In this document: positions 37,153 through 47,900 of the stretch, piece after piece
Layout of the letters: each line of letters begins with the position of its first letter
How positions within the stretch are numbered: position 1 is the stretch's first letter
Program-made: the position numbers and the translations under genes
Notes under the pieces: model-generated
Database searches by the model: none
Told to the model about the DNA's origin: nothing
Seen by the model: the letters and a program-made list of their open reading frames with translations, nothing else
Origin: Planctomycetota bacterium
GTDB lineage: Bacteria > Planctomycetota > GCA-002687715 > CAIWVZ01
Direction of reading: 5' to 3'
Assembly: GCA_044222185.1 (NCBI GenBank)
Contig: JBGANV010000006.1
Coordinates: 160,001-224,000, forward strand
DNA: 64,000 nt

Positions 37153-40100
37153 CCGACGGCCAATCCACGGGTGGCGAATCCGATCACGAAGAAGCCCTCG
37201 GACGGCTGACGGATGCGCTCGCGCAGGAGTCGGACCTCGCGCAGGGCGTCGACGAGACGGAATGGGCCGAGCGCTTCGGCGTCGGCGCCGAGGACGTGGC
37301 GCGATGTCTCGATGCCGTGCGCGCCATGAAGGGGATCTCCGCGGTGGGTCGGCCCCCGCGCGACGAGCTCCCGCCGCCTACGCTCCCGGACGATTACGAA
37401 CTCCTCGGCGAGATTGGCCGCGGCGGAATGGGCGTCGTCTACCGCGTGCGACAGAAGTCCCTCGACCGGATGCTCGCCCTGAAGGTGCTGCGCCCCGGCG
37501 ACATCGTGTTCGGTGATGCCCTGCGCCGGTTCCGCAAGGAGGCGCGCAGCCTCGCGCGGCTGCGCCATCCGCACCTCGTGTCGGTCCACGAGGTGGGGGA
37601 GACCGACGGTCACGTCTACTACACGATGGATCTCGTCGAGGGCGACTCCCTCGCGGCCCTCGTCGCCCGCAAGGAAGTGACGCCGACCCGTGCCGTGCGC
37701 ATCCTCCGCGAGATCACGAGCGCCATCGCGTACGTCCACGAACAAGGACTCATCCACCGAGACCTGAAGCCCGCGAACGTCCTCATCGACCGCGAGGGAC
37801 GGGGGTTCGTCGTCGACTTCGGCCTGGCGCGAGACGCGGACGCGAGCGCGCCTGCTGCGATCGGACCGGTCGCGGGGCGCACGCTCACCGGTCAGCTCCT
37901 GGGTACGCCTGCATACATGAGTCCGGAGCAGGCCCGCGGCGACGGCGCGCGGGTCGGCGAAGCCAGTGACATCTACGGGCTCGGCGCGATCCTCTACGAG
38001 TGCCTCGCCGGGCGTCCTCCGTTCAGCTCGGCGTCGCTCGCCGACCTCGTGCACGCCGTCGTACATCTCGACCCGACGCCGCCCCGGCGGATCGACCCCA
38101 AGGTGCCACCGGACCTGGAGCTCATCGCGTCCAAGGCGATGGCGAAGGAGCCGGAGCGCCGCTACGCCACGGCGCGTGCGCTCCTCGACGACCTGGAACG
38201 CTTCGAGGACGGCAGACCGATTCGCGCACGCCCCGACGGCGCGGGATACCGCATCGCGCGCACGTGGGCGAGGCACCGGGCCACGGTGATGATGGCCACG
38301 GTCATCGTGATCCTGCTCGGGGTGAGTCTCGTGCGAGGCGGCGGACACGCCGCCTCGGTTGAGCCGCTGCTCAAGGCGGCGCTCGACCTGCGCAACGACG
38401 GGCATTCGCAAGTCGCCGTCGGCCTGCTCGAGCGCGCGCTCGCGGAGGATCCGCCCGCCGAAGTGGCGGACCGGCTGCGGGCGGCCTGGATCGCCTGTCG
38501 CATCGACGTGGCACGCGGTCCCACGGGGGGGCTCGCTGGAAGCGAGTCCCTCGCGATCCTCGAGCAGACGGAGGCCCGGTGGCGCACGGAGTTCGAGTCG
38601 CAGCCGCCAGGTGTCGATCTCCGCATCGCGCAGGAAGCGTTGCGTGTCGCACGCATCACGGGTGACGCGGTCGCGGAGTCGCGGTTGCGTGCGGCGGTGG
38701 CCGCGCGGCAGGAAACGATGCTCTCGACGCGGCGCAAGCTCACCGATGGCGGCATCGAATCCCTCGACTTCACGCCACCGCAGGCGGACACCGCGACGCC
38801 CGTGGGGACGCTGCGGGAGCTCCTTCAGTCCAGGGGGGACGCCCTCGCCGACGACGTCGATCGCGTCTCGGATGGAGACGTGACGCGGCTCGCGATTGCG
38901 CTGACGAGTGAACCGCTCGGCGAGATGCCGGAGTGGTTGGCGGCGCATCCCCGCGCGGCCCGGTCGCTCCTGCTCGCCATCGCAGCGCGCCCGGCGCCAC
39001 GATCGGCAGTCTTCGATGCTGCCAGGTGGTCGATCGGACTCCTCGACGACCTGGCGAGCGTGTTCGGCGACGACGACTTCCAGGCGAAGGCCGCGGCCCT
39101 CGCCGAGAGTCACGACATCGGTCATGTCGGACGTGCTGCCGCCTTGAGGATGCTCGCCGTCGCGGCCGACCTTCCCATGCAACCACCGTGGGGCCGGCGC
39201 GGGCACCAGGTCGACGAGGTCCAGGCACGCGCGATCCTCGATGGCTGGCGATCGCTGCGTGGGCTGTCTCGGTCTGACGCACTGCGCCGGCGGATCCACC
39301 TCTTCCTCGAGCATGCGCCTCTCGACGGCGACCCCTCCTGGATGAGCCAGTGGATCGAAGAACATTCCGCGGGTCGCCTGTCCGCGGCGTGGGCGGGGAA
39401 GAATGATGATCGAGTCGCGCTTCTGGCCGCGTGGGCACGCATGGGCAGTTCCGACCCTGCCGATTGGTTCGCGTCAGCGCTCGGCCTCGATTCCGTCGCC
39501 GCCCGCGACCGAGTGCGCCTGGCTTCGCTCCTGCGCACCGAAACGGGGTCGCGTCGCGTCTGGGTGCATCACCTGCTGTGTCTCGCGACGCCGCATGGAG
39601 AGCCCGTCGCCGCCCGTCGCGTGGGTTCCGCCGACGACGACGCCCTCGTCGAGCGTTGGGCGAGCCTTCGCGGCGTGGGATTCCAGGAGCCGCTCCGCGT
39701 GCGGCTCGCCGAGATCTCGTGGTCGGACGCGTCCGAGAGTCCCGCGCTGCGTTTCGACGAGTCGGGGTTGCTTTGGATGTCGGAAGACCTCGCCCTGACG
39801 GGTGTCGTCCACCCGCTTCCGGCGGGGTTGTCCGCGGCCCGGCGCACCGCGTTCGGGCAGCCGCCGCAGGTCTCGGTCGCAGGCGTCGTCGCTCGCGCCG
39901 TCCGTGACGTCGACGGACTCCGCGTGCAGCTCGCGCCGCTCGATCCGCAACGCTCGGCGCTGCGACTTTCTTCGGTGCGCGTCGGCGACGTCGTCTCGAC
40001 GGGCGCGCGCTTCTGGGCCATGGGGCATTCCGACCGCGGCCCTTCCTTCCTCGTCGTCGAAGACGGTGCGGCCGTCGACCCACCGGCGAGCGTGACGCGT

Positions 40101-41330
40101 TGGCAGCACGCCGTCGCGGCAGCGGTGACCGCGCGCGCGGCCGAGCTTCGCCATGCGCATGCCTGCGGTGACCGATTTCGCCAGGCGCGCGCGATGGAGG
40201 CGTCGTGGCAACTCTGCAGGGTGCTGATCGTCCTCCCCGTGGCGGAGGCCGCGCCCGGGCTGCGCGGACTCTGGGATACGCTCGAGCCCCTGATCGGGTC
40301 GGGGCCGCCGCAGTTGGTCGCCAGCGCCACGCGCTTCACGCAATTCGTTTCGGTGGCGCGGTTGCGCTGCGGCGACGCGAGCGTGTTCGATCGACCGGGG
40401 ATCACTCCGGCCGCGATCGCGTCGGTCATTCACGATCCGGATCGGCGGTTCCTCGTGCGGGTGGTCCTGGAGGGGCATTCGGACGCGGGTCGCGCGTTCG
40501 CCGCATCCGCGTTCGCGCCGGAACGGTTGCCGGACGAGCTGAGGTTCACCCTGGGCCGGGCCATCGGGGAGGGGCGCGTGCCGGATGCGGCGAGCGGCTT
40601 GCGCGCGCTCGTCATGCCGGCGCGCCTCCATCAGTTCTTCGCGTGCTCGACGTTGGAAGCAGGCCTGCTCGGACTCCTCGTACTCGCAGCTTTCGGCGCC
40701 GCCGTCGTTCCCGCGGCTCGGGGCTCCAGGGCGCTTGCGGCGGGCATTACGCTGATCGCGGCGGCGTTCTTCTGGAAGCTCGACCCGCACGTGCGATTCT
40801 CGGCTGTGGGCGTGTGCACCCTCTCGGCCGTCGCGGCGGCGGCCACACTGCGTCAGACCGGGGTCGTCCTGCGGTGGTGGTGCTGGAGTTCACCGGTTGC
40901 GTTCATCGTGGCGCTCGGCGTCGCCGTCGGATCGGTCGTGGTTTCTTCCGCCGAGGCCTGGCTCGTGGCTGCGGGCGCCATCTTCTCGATCGGCGTGCTT
41001 TCGCAGGCATTGGTCGCCGCGGCGGTGATGGGCGCCGATGGCCGACGGGCACGCGCCCGGGTTCTCGTCGCGATCGGGGCCCTCGGCATCATGGCGACGC
41101 TCGTCGTCTGGGTCATCGGCCCAGCGACGAGCGAGTCCCCGTCCGGGGCGCGCGCCGCCGCGCGTGCCATCGGCGAGATCACTCAATCGGTGCTCTTCGA
41201 AACCGTCGTGATCCTCGCGACGACTGCCGTGGCGCAGGCCGCGGGCCTCGGATCACGAACGCTCGCGGGCGCGCCCGTCGAGACGAGCGAGCTCCGGAAG
41301 AAGCTCCTCGCTCACGGGCAGAAGCTCTGA
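37149..41330 (+). CDS. Ser/Thr protein kinase with long helical extension and polytopic C-terminal membrane domain
   Basis: IGRGGMGVVY, ALK, HRDLKPAN, DFG, GTPAYMSPEQ; GTG start overlaps the ECF stop (GTGA); several hydrophobic helices in the last ~230 aa. Confidence 0.85.
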   Translation: MTDGQSTGGESDHEEALGRLTDALAQESDLAQGVDETEWAERFGVGAEDVARCLDAVRAMKGISAVGRPPRDELPPPTLPDDYELLGEIGRGGMGVVYRVRQKSLDRMLALKVLRPGDIVFGDALRRFRKEARSLARLRHPHLVSVHEVGETDGHVYYTMDLVEGDSLAALVARKEVTPTRAVRILREITSAIAYVHEQGLIHRDLKPANVLIDREGRGFVVDFGLARDADASAPAAIGPVAGRTLTGQLLGTPAYMSPEQARGDGARVGEASDIYGLGAILYECLAGRPPFSSASLADLVHAVVHLDPTPPRRIDPKVPPDLELIASKAMAKEPERRYATARALLDDLERFEDGRPIRARPDGAGYRIARTWARHRATVMMATVIVILLGVSLVRGGGHAASVEPLLKAALDLRNDGHSQVAVGLLERALAEDPPAEVADRLRAAWIACRIDVARGPTGGLAGSESLAILEQTEARWRTEFESQPPGVDLRIAQEALRVARITGDAVAESRLRAAVAARQETMLSTRRKLTDGGIESLDFTPPQADTATPVGTLRELLQSRGDALADDVDRVSDGDVTRLAIALTSEPLGEMPEWLAAHPRAARSLLLAIAARPAPRSAVFDAARWSIGLLDDLASVFGDDDFQAKAAALAESHDIGHVGRAAALRMLAVAADLPMQPPWGRRGHQVDEVQARAILDGWRSLRGLSRSDALRRRIHLFLEHAPLDGDPSWMSQWIEEHSAGRLSAAWAGKNDDRVALLAAWARMGSSDPADWFASALGLDSVAARDRVRLASLLRTETGSRRVWVHHLLCLATPHGEPVAARRVGSADDDALVERWASLRGVGFQEPLRVRLAEISWSDASESPALRFDESGLLWMSEDLALTGVVHPLPAGLSAARRTAFGQPPQVSVAGVVARAVRDVDGLRVQLAPLDPQRSALRLSSVRVGDVVSTGARFWAMGHSDRGPSFLVVEDGAAVDPPASVTRWQHAVAAAVTARAAELRHAHACGDRFRQARAMEASWQLCRVLIVLPVAEAAPGLRGLWDTLEPLIGSGPPQLVASATRFTQFVSVARLRCGDASVFDRPGITPAAIASVIHDPDRRFLVRVVLEGHSDAGRAFAASAFAPERLPDELRFTLGRAIGEGRVPDAASGLRALVMPARLHQFFACSTLEAGLLGLLVLAAFGAAVVPAARGSRALAAGITLIAAAFFWKLDPHVRFSAVGVCTLSAVAAAATLRQTGVVLRWWCWSSPVAFIVALGVAVGSVVVSSAEAWLVAAGAIFSIGVLSQALVAAAVMGADGRRARARVLVAIGALGIMATLVVWVIGPATSESPSGARAAARAIGEITQSVLFETVVILATTAVAQAAGLGSRTLAGAPVETSELRKKLLAHGQKL

Positions 41331-41356
41331 GATGGCGGTCTGCGCGACCCGCGCAT

Positions 41357-42223
41357 TCAGCCCTGTGCGAACTGGGGTCGCGCCATGGCGCGTCCGTCGG
41401 GCAGCGCGCTCGCGAGAAGTTCGATCCATCGGAGTTCGAGCTCGCTCGCGAGGCGTCGGCTCTCGCCGTGGAGGCTCGCCCAAAGCCAGATCTCGCGTTC
41501 GAGGCCGGATCCGTCGACCCCCACGCGAAGGACGCCGTCACTGGGACCGTCGAGGGTCCCGGAGAACTCGAACGGCGGTTCGTTCGTGAGAACCTCGCCC
41601 TGGAGCGCGTCACCCTGGCTCGTCGTGATCGCGTAGCGGCCGCCCGGCGGCGCTCCGTCGATGGCGCCCGACGCGATCAGGCCGCGGCTGCCGAAGAGGC
41701 GGGGCCAGATCTCGCCTGGCGATTCGTGGACTCGTCGACGTGCCCACGCCACCGAACGCTCCGCCCCGCGATGAAGTTCCAGATAGCGCGCGAGCGAGCC
41801 GAGCTCGAAAGTCCAGCCGCGACGCGTGCCGTCGTACTCGTCGTCCCAGTTCGCGCCGCGCCCGAAGCCGGAGTGCACGAGCCGGAGGATCGTCGTGTCT
41901 CCGCGCGCTTCGAGAACGTAGTCGACGGCGAGCGGCAGCACGCCTTGGCGTCCGTCCACCGCCTTCTCCGCGTGGAAGGGCCAGCGCATCCGCAGGTGCC
42001 GGAGCGGTTCCCAGATCTCGATGGGGCTGTCTCTCTCCCACGGTGGCCCCCACGACAGCCAGATCGCTCCGCCGACTCCGGGTCGAACGCTCGCTTTCAG
42101 TGGGAACCAGCGCTCCAGTTCGCGTGCATCCGTCAGTGCTTTCCAGACGGCCTCGATGGGTGCGCGGATCTCGACGCTCGTCTCGATGGTGCGGTCGCCG
42201 TCGCGCGTTGGCTCTTTCGTCAT
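41357..42223 (-). CDS. SRPBCC/AHSA1 domain protein (tandem domains)
   Basis: IETSVEIRAPIEAVWKALTD..L.RWF, T.LRLVHSGF, GW...L..L..YLE. Confidence 0.85.
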   Translation of the reverse strand: MTKEPTRDGDRTIETSVEIRAPIEAVWKALTDARELERWFPLKASVRPGVGGAIWLSWGPPWERDSPIEIWEPLRHLRMRWPFHAEKAVDGRQGVLPLAVDYVLEARGDTTILRLVHSGFGRGANWDDEYDGTRRGWTFELGSLARYLELHRGAERSVAWARRRVHESPGEIWPRLFGSRGLIASGAIDGAPPGGRYAITTSQGDALQGEVLTNEPPFEFSGTLDGPSDGVLRVGVDGSGLEREIWLWASLHGESRRLASELELRWIELLASALPDGRAMARPQFAQG

Positions 42224-42876
42224 GGTCGTGTCTTCCTCGCCTTCTTGATGGCGTCGCGTGGTTGCGTCCTGCCCGGTCTCTCCGCGTTCGTGTGGGGCGG
42301 CGCCGGGTAGCCTCCGATGAGAAACCGGAACGTCCGACCCCCGGGTGCGTCCGCGTCGTGAAACCGGGTGACGAGGCGTGCCGCGGCGGTCGAAAGCTCT
42401 CGAGCGAAGGCGTTTCGATCCTCCGCGTCGCGGAAGCGGACGTCGCACTCGAGCGTGAACGTGGCGACTTTCTTGCCCGCGGATCGGGCCTTCTCGCCGA
42501 CGGTGGCCAGGTCGCGGATGAGGCGCGATGCCGTGGCGACGAGGTAGGCGGCCGAGAACCGGTCTTCGATGCGTTCGGGGTCGGCCGACATGATCCCGGC
42601 CACGGCGGGGTCGATCAGGTACGACCGCGCGGTCGCGCGAACGATGCGCTCGACGCAGTTGCCCTTCTTGCGCTCCTCGACCAGTTCGACGAGGCCGGCG
42701 TCTTCCAGCGCGCGCAGATGGTAGTTGAGTTTCTGCCGTGCGAGCCCGAGCTTGCGGGCGAGTCCCGAGGCCGAATCGGCCACGCGCAGCTCTTCGAGCA
42801 TGCTTCGACGGATGGGGTGGAGCACCGTCGCCGTCGCGGTGTTGCCGAGTATGCGGACGCTGGCGGGATCACCCAT
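42220..42876 (-). CDS. ArsR-like winged-helix transcriptional regulator
   Basis: LHPIRR.MLE.L...SASGLARKLGLARQKLNYHLRALE.AGLV; 4-nt overlap with the SRPBCC gene. Confidence 0.88.
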   Translation of the reverse strand: MGDPASVRILGNTATATVLHPIRRSMLEELRVADSASGLARKLGLARQKLNYHLRALEDAGLVELVEERKKGNCVERIVRATARSYLIDPAVAGIMSADPERIEDRFSAAYLVATASRLIRDLATVGEKARSAGKKVATFTLECDVRFRDAEDRNAFARELSTAAARLVTRFHDADAPGGRTFRFLIGGYPAPPHTNAERPGRTQPRDAIKKARKTRP

Positions 42877-42883
42877 GGGCGGT

Positions 42884-42912
42884 AGTGTCGCACCGACAAT
42901 AAAAGTTGTCAA
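42884..42912 (-). promoter_or_regulatory. Sigma70-type promoter with overlapping palindromic operator
   Basis: Minus strand TTGACA (42912-42907), 17 nt, GACACT (42889-42884), 7 nt, ATG. Inverted repeat GACAA-N6-TTGTC at 42895-42910. Confidence 0.75.
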
Positions 42913-43513
42913 GACTGTCGATGTTGTCGGATCGGTTGGCGTGCTCGGCATGGTCGGCGCGGCTGGCGCGGTCGCCCGCCCGCTCGTCGTCCCGGGGCCG
43001 CGGACACGCCGGTCCGGCGCGCGACGGCGACAGCCCGCAGGGGCGCGTCTCCTTCCGCCTCGGGGAGCCCTCGATGGACGGGGTGCCATCAGGCGGCGGA
43101 ATGCCGTCGACGCGGCGACGCGCCGCGACGCCCCCGAGGCTCCCGTTCGATCGGGTGAGATTCGAGCTGCTCAGGCATGCGCCGCGCGAGGCCGTGCCTT
43201 GCAGTTGCGTTGCGTCGACCCGGCTCGCGGTCGACCTGACGCGCCGACGCTCAGCTCGACTCCATCGACCCGTGCGCTGGCCACCCGGGCGGCGGGTCCG
43301 CGACCGACGCACGCGTCCCGCGTACCGGAGATTTCGCGGCGGTGCTCGAGCTGCGCCGTATCATCGGACGCGCCGGGGCGCCGGCTGCCTCGACGCACCT
43401 GTGTTCCCGGACGAGGTTCCGCGCGGTGCGGATTCCAACACGAAAGGACTGAGGTCCGTGAACCTCGTCGACGAAACACCTCGGTGTTCACCGAGGGGAG
43501 AACGGAAGCCATC

Positions 43514-44908
43514 ATGACGCGCATGCAATGCTGGTTCGTGCTCGTTTGCCTCGCGGTCGCGTCGACTTCATTCGCCACCGACCTCGTCGTGGGCCCGCCC
43601 GGCAGCGGCGCGGCGTATTCGACGGTGCAGGCGGCCGTCGCGGCGGCGCTCCCGAACGATCGCATCCTCATCCTTCCGGGTACCTACGTAGGTGCCGTGT
43701 TCGTCGACAAGGCGCTGGAGATCATCGGATCGGGAGCCGGGGCCACGATCCTGCGGTCGCAGGCCACGACCTCTCCTGGCGTGATTGCACCGCCATTCGT
43801 GGTCGCGAACCTGGCAGCCGGGGAGCGCATCAGGGTTTCCGGGCTCACCATGGCGATCCAGGGGCTGTCCCTGGCGCCGCTCCCCTTCCTCATGCAGGTC
43901 CGGAACTGCCTCGGCCGTGTCGAGCTGTGTGACCTCACGATGAACGCAACCGGTCTGCCGAAAGTCCCCGTCGGAATGGCCGCCGGCGCGCTTTCGATCC
44001 AGGATTGCAGCGTGGTGGTCGGCTCGCACCTCGTGACGTCCGCGGTCGAAACCGTTTTCCCGATCCCGATCGGCGGAAGCGCGGCTCAGGCCGATGGAGT
44101 CGCGGGGCTGATCGTCGAACGATCAGGTGTGACCCTGGACGACGCGTCGTTGGGAGGTACGGCGACCACGATTCCCGTGAGCGCGTTCGGCGGAGACGGC
44201 GGCCCCGGCATCGTCGCCATCGATTCGGTCGTCCAACTCGGGCGCTCGTCCGTTCGGGGCGGACCAAGCGGCGGGCGGCAGCCCGGAGTGGCCGGGATCG
44301 GCGGCGCGGGCATTCGCGCGGTGCGAAGCCAGCTGCTCGTCCACGGCGGTCCGAACAACCTCGTCCGGGGAGCCGCCGGGTTCGAATACGGCTCGCCCGG
44401 CGCGGCGAGCCTCGGGACGCCGGCTCCCGCGATCGCACTCGACGGTGCGAGCTCGATGTCCCATGCGAGCGACGCCGCCTTGATCGGGGGGGCCGGCACC
44501 GCGAACCAGCCAGCGGCGGCGGCGATTGCAGCGGCGCCGGGAGCGACGACGTTCCCGATCGCATCGCGTTTGCCGACGGTCGCCATGACTCCTGCGACGG
44601 TGCTCATGGGCGGCCTGTTGACGGTCGAGATCGCCGGCGAGCCTCTCGTGGATCACATTCGCGTGCTGACGCTCGTGACGTCGGCGGCCGTGACGTTCCC
44701 CGGCGTGTCGGGCGCACTGCTCATCGATCCCGCGGCGGCGATCGTCATCCACGTGGATCCCCTGGACGCGTCGGGTGTCGGGACGGTTCCGCTTCCCGTG
44801 CCCGTCGTGCCCGCGTTGAACGGGATCCAGCTCGTGGAGCAGGCGGCGCAGGTGCTGCCCTCAGGCCTCGCCCTCTCGCCGCCCGTCCTCGCGACCGTCG
44901 TGCTTTGA
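43514..44908 (+). CDS. Secreted beta-helix-like Gly-rich protein with the shared C-terminal domain
   Basis: Signal peptide, YSTVQAAV.AA...D.I.I.PGTY beta-helix cap, GG.GG.G repeats, ends VPVVPALNGIQLVEQAA...LSPPVLATVVL. Confidence 0.8.
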   Translation: MTRMQCWFVLVCLAVASTSFATDLVVGPPGSGAAYSTVQAAVAAALPNDRILILPGTYVGAVFVDKALEIIGSGAGATILRSQATTSPGVIAPPFVVANLAAGERIRVSGLTMAIQGLSLAPLPFLMQVRNCLGRVELCDLTMNATGLPKVPVGMAAGALSIQDCSVVVGSHLVTSAVETVFPIPIGGSAAQADGVAGLIVERSGVTLDDASLGGTATTIPVSAFGGDGGPGIVAIDSVVQLGRSSVRGGPSGGRQPGVAGIGGAGIRAVRSQLLVHGGPNNLVRGAAGFEYGSPGAASLGTPAPAIALDGASSMSHASDAALIGGAGTANQPAAAAIAAAPGATTFPIASRLPTVAMTPATVLMGGLLTVEIAGEPLVDHIRVLTLVTSAAVTFPGVSGALLIDPAAAIVIHVDPLDASGVGTVPLPVPVVPALNGIQLVEQAAQVLPSGLALSPPVLATVVL

Positions 44909-44924
44909 GCCGCGTGATCCGCGA

Positions 44925-47900
44925 TCAGTCGCGGATCACCGGGATGAATTCGAGGGGGTCGATGACGCCGCCGGCTTCGCGGCGCTCTTCCTCCTCTTCG
45001 TCCAGCATCATCTCCGCGTCCTCGTCGTCTTCGGCCTCGCCGTTCAACGTCGTCGCGATCTCGACCGGCATGGTCGGATCAGGCTCGATGCGCAGCGGCT
45101 TCTCCTGCTCATGGCCGTCGACGACGAGAATCACGCGATAGGTGCCGAACGGCACGGAGCGGCCTCCGCGACCGAAGCCGCCGGGTCCGCCGCCGAAGCC
45201 GCCCGGTGCTCCACCGCCCTGGCCGAACCGCGCACGCGCCGGGCGCGAGGCGGGCTGCGTGTCCGGCTGCGTCGTCGCGCGGCTCGCGGGTGCTTCGGCC
45301 GTGGGCGTCTCGCCGCCGGCCGCCCCACGACGTCCGCCGGCTCCGCGCCGTCCGCCGCCCGCGCCTCGAGCTGCGGGCGGCTCGTTCGCGGCAGCCGGGG
45401 CCTCGCCCGCGCCGCCGCCAGGGCCGCGTTGCGGGCCACGACCCGACAGGTCCCACGTGACCTGCTGGAGCCCCGGCGCCGTCTTGCCCTCGAGCTCGCG
45501 CAGCGTCGTCCCCGTGTAGTCGACGATCTTCACGGTGACCTTCTCTGCCTTGCTCGTCAGCGAGTAGGCGATGGTCGCCCCGCGACCTGGGTTCTCTCCC
45601 GTGAATCGCTGGCTGCCGCCACCACCGCCGCGTGAAGGCTCGGAGTGCCAGCGGACGACGGGCGTCGGCTCGTACAGCGTGGCGGGCGCATTCACCGCCG
45701 CCGCCGTCATCTGGCGGAGCGCCCCGATGTCGGTCACCCAGAGGCTCCGACCGTGCGTGGCGACGACGACGTCGCTGCCGTTCGGTTGGAACGCGAATTC
45801 GTGGATGGCGACCGTCGGCAGGTTGGCGTTGATCCTCGTCCAGGTCTTGCCCCGATCGAGCGATGCCCACGCGGCGAATTCCGTCCCGCAGAACAGGAGG
45901 TTCTCGTTCTTGGGATCCTCGCGCAGGCAACGTGACGAGCCGACTGGCAAGTTGGCGCGCAGGGGCTGCCACGTCGCGCCGAAGTCCTCCGTGACGTAGA
46001 CGTACGGCTGATCGTCGTCGCTACGGTGCGCGTCGAACGCCACGTAGCAGCGGCCCTCGGCGTAACGAGAGGCCTCGAGAGTGGCGACCCATCGGGCACC
46101 GGGAAGTCCAATCTTCTCGGTCACGTTCGTCCAGTTGACGCCGGCGTCCTTCGTGACCCACACGTAGCCGTCGTCGGTGCCGCACCACAGCACGTCGGAG
46201 TTCATCGGTGACTCGGAGACGGCCGTCGCGGTTCCGCGTCCCGTGCGCGAGATCTCCGGGGAGATCACCTTGAGATCATCGCCCCGTTTCAGCGAGCGGA
46301 AGATGTAGTTGCCGCCGCAGTAGAAGACGCCGGGATTGTGCGAGGACACGATGAACGGCGTGTTCCAGTTGAAGCGATAACGCTGGCCGCGCTTGGGCCG
46401 CGGCGCAATGCGGCTCGACTCGCCGGTCTTGATGTTGCGGCGCGACATGGCGCCGTCCTGGCTCTCCGAGTAGACGATGTCCGGATCGAACGGGTCGATG
46501 CGGCAAACGAAGCCATCGCCGCCACCGACGGAGATCCAGTCCTCGTTCAGGATGCCGTCGCCCGAGAGCGTGCGTGCCGGTCCGCCCCAACTGCCGTTGT
46601 CCTGGAGGCCGCCGTACACGTGGTACGGCCGGCGCGAGTCGACGGCCACGTGATAGAACTGGCCGAGCGCCATGTGATTCAGGTGCTCCCACGTCTTCAT
46701 GCGGTCCCACGTGGCGTAGTAGCCGCCGTCGCATCCCGTGATCATGTGGCGACCGTCGCGCCCGTCGATCCACAGCGCATGGAAGTCGGCGTGGACGCGG
46801 TTGCCGCCGTCGGCAGTGAAGGTCTTCCCGCCGTTCGAGGAGCGATGCATCGACACGCCCGCCACGTAGATGTATCGGTCGTCGCTGGGATCCACGCGGA
46901 TCTGGCTGAAGTACATGGGGCGCGGGTTCAGGCTGTTGATGCGAGTCCACGATTCGCCGCCGTCCGTCGAGCGGTAGATGCCGCCGTACTCGTGGCCGGA
47001 ATCACCCTGCGAGGCCTGAACGTTCGGCATCTGCCCCGCGTACATGAAGCCATACGGCCGCAAGCGGGTCGCCGCCGCCGATTCCAGCTTCACCGGGATC
47101 TCCTTCAACTGCTTCTCACGCTCGACCTTCACCGTGACGGTGTCGCCTTCCTTCTTGGCTCCGAGAAGCTCGGTGAATCCCTCTGCGGTCGTGATCGCCT
47201 TGCCGTCGCACTCCTTGATGACGTCGCCGTCCATCAGCCCGGCCTTGTCGGCGGATCCGTCCTCCGTGACGCGCATGATCGTCGGACCCACGTTGTCCTG
47301 CTCGCGCACGAAGGCTCCGAAGTACGCGCCGAGGACGCCGCCGCCGGTGCCGCCGAACGCGCCCATGCGTCCGCCGCCGCCACCACCACCGGGGCCGCCG
47401 GGGCCGCCCGCGGCGCGTTCGATCAGGGTCGCCGTGAGCTGGACCGTCTCACCACCACGGCCGACAGTCAGCGTGATCTTGTCGCCGGGCTTCTGCACGC
47501 GAACGAGCTCGGAGAGCTGCTCGGAGTTCGTGACGGTCTCGTCCCCGAACGCGCGGAGAACGTCGTCGACCTTGACCCCCGCGCGATCGCCCGGGCTGTC
47601 TTCCGCCACGGTCGTGACGCGGAGTCCGTCGGGAACCTCCTCGCCGTTGATGCCGAGGTACGGCGCGGCGGGTCCGACCGAGGCCGTTGCGGCGACGCTC
47701 AGCGGGCGCTCTTCGAGCTTCACGTCGAACGAAAGCGTCTCGTCGCCGCGGACGACCTTGACGGGGAGGACGTCGCCAGGCTGCCGCGCACGGATCTCCT
47801 CCGAGAGGGGAGCCCAGGCGTCGATGGTCCGCTTCCCGACGGCCGTCACCAGGTCGTCGGCCTTCAGTCCCGCGGCCCGTGCCGGGCTCTTCGGCGTGAT

